From Propionibacteriaceae bacterium (lineage in GTDB: Bacteria; Actinomycetota; Actinomycetes; Propionibacteriales; Propionibacteriaceae): a DNA stretch of 51,480 bases. The translations under genes were made by a program, and so were the position numbers. Under the pieces are notes generated by a model. That model made no database searches, had not been told where the DNA came from, and was given only the letters and a program-made list of their open reading frames with translations. Below are positions 49,053 through 51,480 of this stretch, one piece after another (position 1 is the stretch's first letter; each line of letters begins with the position of its first letter). The stretch spans positions 1 through 51,480 of the forward strand of contig DATFQP010000098.1 of assembly GCA_035264145.1 (NCBI GenBank). Direction: 5' to 3'.

Positions 49053-50498
49053 ATGGAGCACACGTACGATTTCGACCTTGCGGTCATCGGCTCGGGGCCC
49101 GGCGGTCAGAAGGCCGCAATCATGGCGGCGAAGCTCGGTCACCGGGTTTGCGTCGTCGATAGCAAGACCATGGTGGGTGGCGTTTGCGTCAACACCGGAA
49201 CGATCCCGTCGAAGACCTTGCGCGAGGCGGTGCTCTACCTCACCGGCATGCAGCTGCGGGACCTTTACGGGGCCAGCTATCGGGTCAAGGAAGAGATCAC
49301 GATCTCGGACCTGCTGGCCCGGCAACAACACGTCGTCGGTCGAGAAACGGAGGTGATTCGGGCCCAGTTGATGCGAAACCATATCGAGTTGATCGCCGGC
49401 TCGGCGGGATTCCTCGACCCCCACACTCTGTCGGTCAATCTGGAAGGCTCAGACTCACATCGGACGCTGACAGCCGACAAGATTGTGATCGGCACCGGCA
49501 CGGTTCCCGCTCGGCCACCGAACGTGGATTTCGACGGCGTCCGGGTGTTGGACTCCGATCAGATCCTGACCCTGGAAAAGGTTCCAGATTCACTCGTTGT
49601 CGTGGGCGCCGGCGTCATCGGAGTCGAGTACGCGTCCATCTTCGCCGCGCTCGGGACTCGGGTGACGCTGGTGGAGAAGCGTCCCCAGATGCTGGATTTC
49701 TGCGACCCGGAGATCGTCGAGTCGCTCAAGTTTCATCTTCGTGATCACGCGATGTCCTTTCGCCTCGGCGAGGAGGTGGCTTCCGTCGAGAGCGCGGGAC
49801 GGGGCACGATCACCACGCTCGCCTCTGGCAAGAAGATTGCTGCGGAGGTCGTCATGCACTCCGCCGGCCGGCAGGGAAACACCGCCGCGCTCAACCTCGA
49901 CCTTGCCGGATTGCATGCGGACAAACGCGGCCGGTTGGTGGTCAACGGGCAATACCAGACCGAGATGCCGCACATCTATGCGGTCGGCGACGTCATCGGG
50001 TTTCCGGCGTTGGCCGCCACGTCGATGGACCAAGGCCGACTGGCCGCCGCGTACGCCTTCGGGGAGCCAGCGAACGAAATGCAGGCCCTCCAGCCGATTG
50101 GCATTTACACAATTCCGGAGATCTCCTTCTGCGGGAAGTCCGAGGGCGAGCTGACACGCGAGGCGATTCCTTTCGAGGTCGGCATTTCGCGATACCGTGA
50201 GCTGGCCCGCGGCCAGATCATCGGCGACTCATACGGAATGCTGAAATTGATCGTCCATGCCGACAGTCGCGAGATTCTTGGGGTGCACGTCTTCGGCACC
50301 AACGCGACAGAGCTCGTACACATCGGCCAGGCGATCATGGGCTGCGGAGGCACAGTGGACTATCTGGTCGACACAGTCCTGAATTACCCGACGCTCTCCG
50401 AGGCCTACAAGGTCGCCGCGCTTGATGTGTCCAACAAGCTGCGTGCTGTGGCGCGGCTGAGCACGCAGATTCTGACAGCCGAACCCAGCACGTTGTGA
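49053..50498 (+). CDS. sthA: Soluble (Si-specific) pyridine nucleotide transhydrogenase
   Basis: [24 protein letters not shown] (single Cys), [28 protein letters not shown] and [10 protein letters not shown]. Confidence 0.93.
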   Translation: MEHTYDFDLAVIGSGPGGQKAAIMAAKLGHRVCVVDSKTMVGGVCVNTGTIPSKTLREAVLYLTGMQLRDLYGASYRVKEEITISDLLARQQHVVGRETEVIRAQLMRNHIELIAGSAGFLDPHTLSVNLEGSDSHRTLTADKIVIGTGTVPARPPNVDFDGVRVLDSDQILTLEKVPDSLVVVGAGVIGVEYASIFAALGTRVTLVEKRPQMLDFCDPEIVESLKFHLRDHAMSFRLGEEVASVESAGRGTITTLASGKKIAAEVVMHSAGRQGNTAALNLDLAGLHADKRGRLVVNGQYQTEMPHIYAVGDVIGFPALAATSMDQGRLAAAYAFGEPANEMQALQPIGIYTIPEISFCGKSEGELTREAIPFEVGISRYRELARGQIIGDSYGMLKLIVHADSREILGVHVFGTNATELVHIGQAIMGCGGTVDYLVDTVLNYPTLSEAYKVAALDVSNKLRAVARLSTQILTAEPSTL

Positions 50499-50548
50499 GC
50501 TCGGCCGTATGTGCCACTAATTGCGCGCACCCGGCCACTGTCGCAGCG

Positions 50549-51361
50549 TCACACGCGGCGAAGGACCGCTACCACTTTGCCGAGGATGGATGCGTGGTCG
50601 CCATCGATTGGATCATAGGCAGGGTTGTGCGGCATCAACCAGACGTGCCCGCCACGGCGCTTGAAGGTCTTGACGGTCGCCTCGTCGTCGAGCAGGGCGG
50701 CCACGATGTCACCGTTTTCAGCGGTGGGCTGCTGGCGCACCACCACCCAGTCACCGTCACAGATGGCGGCGTCGATCATCGAGTCGCCACGGACGTCCAG
50801 CAAGAACATCGTGCCCTCGCCGACCAGCTGGCGGGGAAGGGCGAAGACGTCCTCGATTCGTTCCTCGGCCAGGATGGGGCCACCGGCGGCGATCCGACCG
50901 ACGACAGGCACATGCACCGGCTCCGGGAAGGCATCGCCGATGCCGGTCTCGTCTCCGCCGATCACCGGAGCGACGGCTTGCACAGCTGGCCGGAGCGCTT
51001 GTGCGCCTTGGTTAGGCAGTAGAACCTCCAACGCTCGGGGACGGTTCGGATCCCTTCTTAGGAAGCCCTTCTGCTCGAGTGCCCGAAGTTGGTGGGCGAC
51101 GCTGGACGAACTGGCCAAACCCACGGCCTCGCCCATCTCACGGATACTTGGCGGATAACCTCGCAGCTCGACGGCGGCTTTGATGACCTCCAAGATCCGA
51201 CGTTGACGCGGAGTCAAGCCGTGTTCATCCGCTGGTCCGTCAGGCAGAGAACTCACCGACGCCGTCTCGCCTAATTGGGCGGCGACATCAGCCGCGCTAG
51301 GCCGACCTCGCTTCCGCTTCGGCACGGTCGAGTGGCGGCTGAAATCGTCGTGGTCGCTCAT
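50549..51361 (-). CDS. lexA: SOS repressor LexA
   Basis: [27 protein letters not shown] (Ala-Gly cleavage site), GDSM and ATVK. Confidence 0.98.
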   Translation of the reverse strand: MSDHDDFSRHSTVPKRKRGRPSAADVAAQLGETASVSSLPDGPADEHGLTPRQRRILEVIKAAVELRGYPPSIREMGEAVGLASSSSVAHQLRALEQKGFLRRDPNRPRALEVLLPNQGAQALRPAVQAVAPVIGGDETGIGDAFPEPVHVPVVGRIAAGGPILAEERIEDVFALPRQLVGEGTMFLLDVRGDSMIDAAICDGDWVVVRQQPTAENGDIVAALLDDEATVKTFKRRGGHVWLMPHNPAYDPIDGDHASILGKVVAVLRRV

Positions 51362-51393
51362 GAATCACACGCTAGAGAAAGGCGATCAACGAA

Positions 51394-51409
51394 TCAAACA
51401 TCTGTTCGA
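51394..51409. promoter_or_regulatory. LexA (SOS) box upstream of lexA
   Basis: TCAAAC-ATCT-GTTCGA, just upstream of a minus-strand TAGCGT -10 (51369-51374). The window ends in TCGAAC, possibly half of a second box. Confidence 0.88.
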
Positions 51410-51480
51410 GGTGTGTCGCGTCGGCGAAAACTGTCGGTACCGAGTGGTGAAGTCTCTTTCATGAGCACAAACTATCGAAC

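Overview
High-GC actinobacterial chromosome segment, most likely Propionibacteriales/Microlunatus-like (inferred from gene order and protein style). Most of the window is core genome: hup-cofC-plsC-gpsA-metB-like-ddl-DUF3515-Lrp-thiL, then ftsK-rimO-pgsA-cinA-clgR-lhr-EamA-DUF3046-recA-recX-rny-gluDCBA, and on the right miaB-miaA-dapF-SDR-hflX-dinG-sthA-lexA. Between the aldose-epimerase gene and miaB lies a ~13 kb accessory block (about 27.2-40.6 kb) with a compact minus-strand biosynthetic operon. It encodes SbnA; a membrane Pls/PosA-like protein with two tandem carrier domains but no adenylation domain; a stand-alone (half C)-A-T-TE NRPS with an acidic diamino-acid-type pocket; a SyrP/TauD-like dioxygenase; SbnB; and a PPTase. 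A convergent lipoprotein M28 peptidase with an acidified active site faces the operon. The best reading is a split epsilon-poly-lysine-synthetase-like system making a 2,3-diaminopropionate-based, possibly oxidatively tailored, polymer or oligomer. Other signals: a 228-bp tandem duplication creating the T-T pair, a frameshifted extracellular tail after the Pls-like protein, a structured leader upstream of sbnA, a DUF3052 gene scar at the island edge, LexA and PafBC-type promoter motifs, a probable CTG start for recX, and a CofC fused to a small extra domain. No CRISPR array, tRNA, rRNA, integrase or transposase was recognised. All assignments are by motif recognition; no searches were run.
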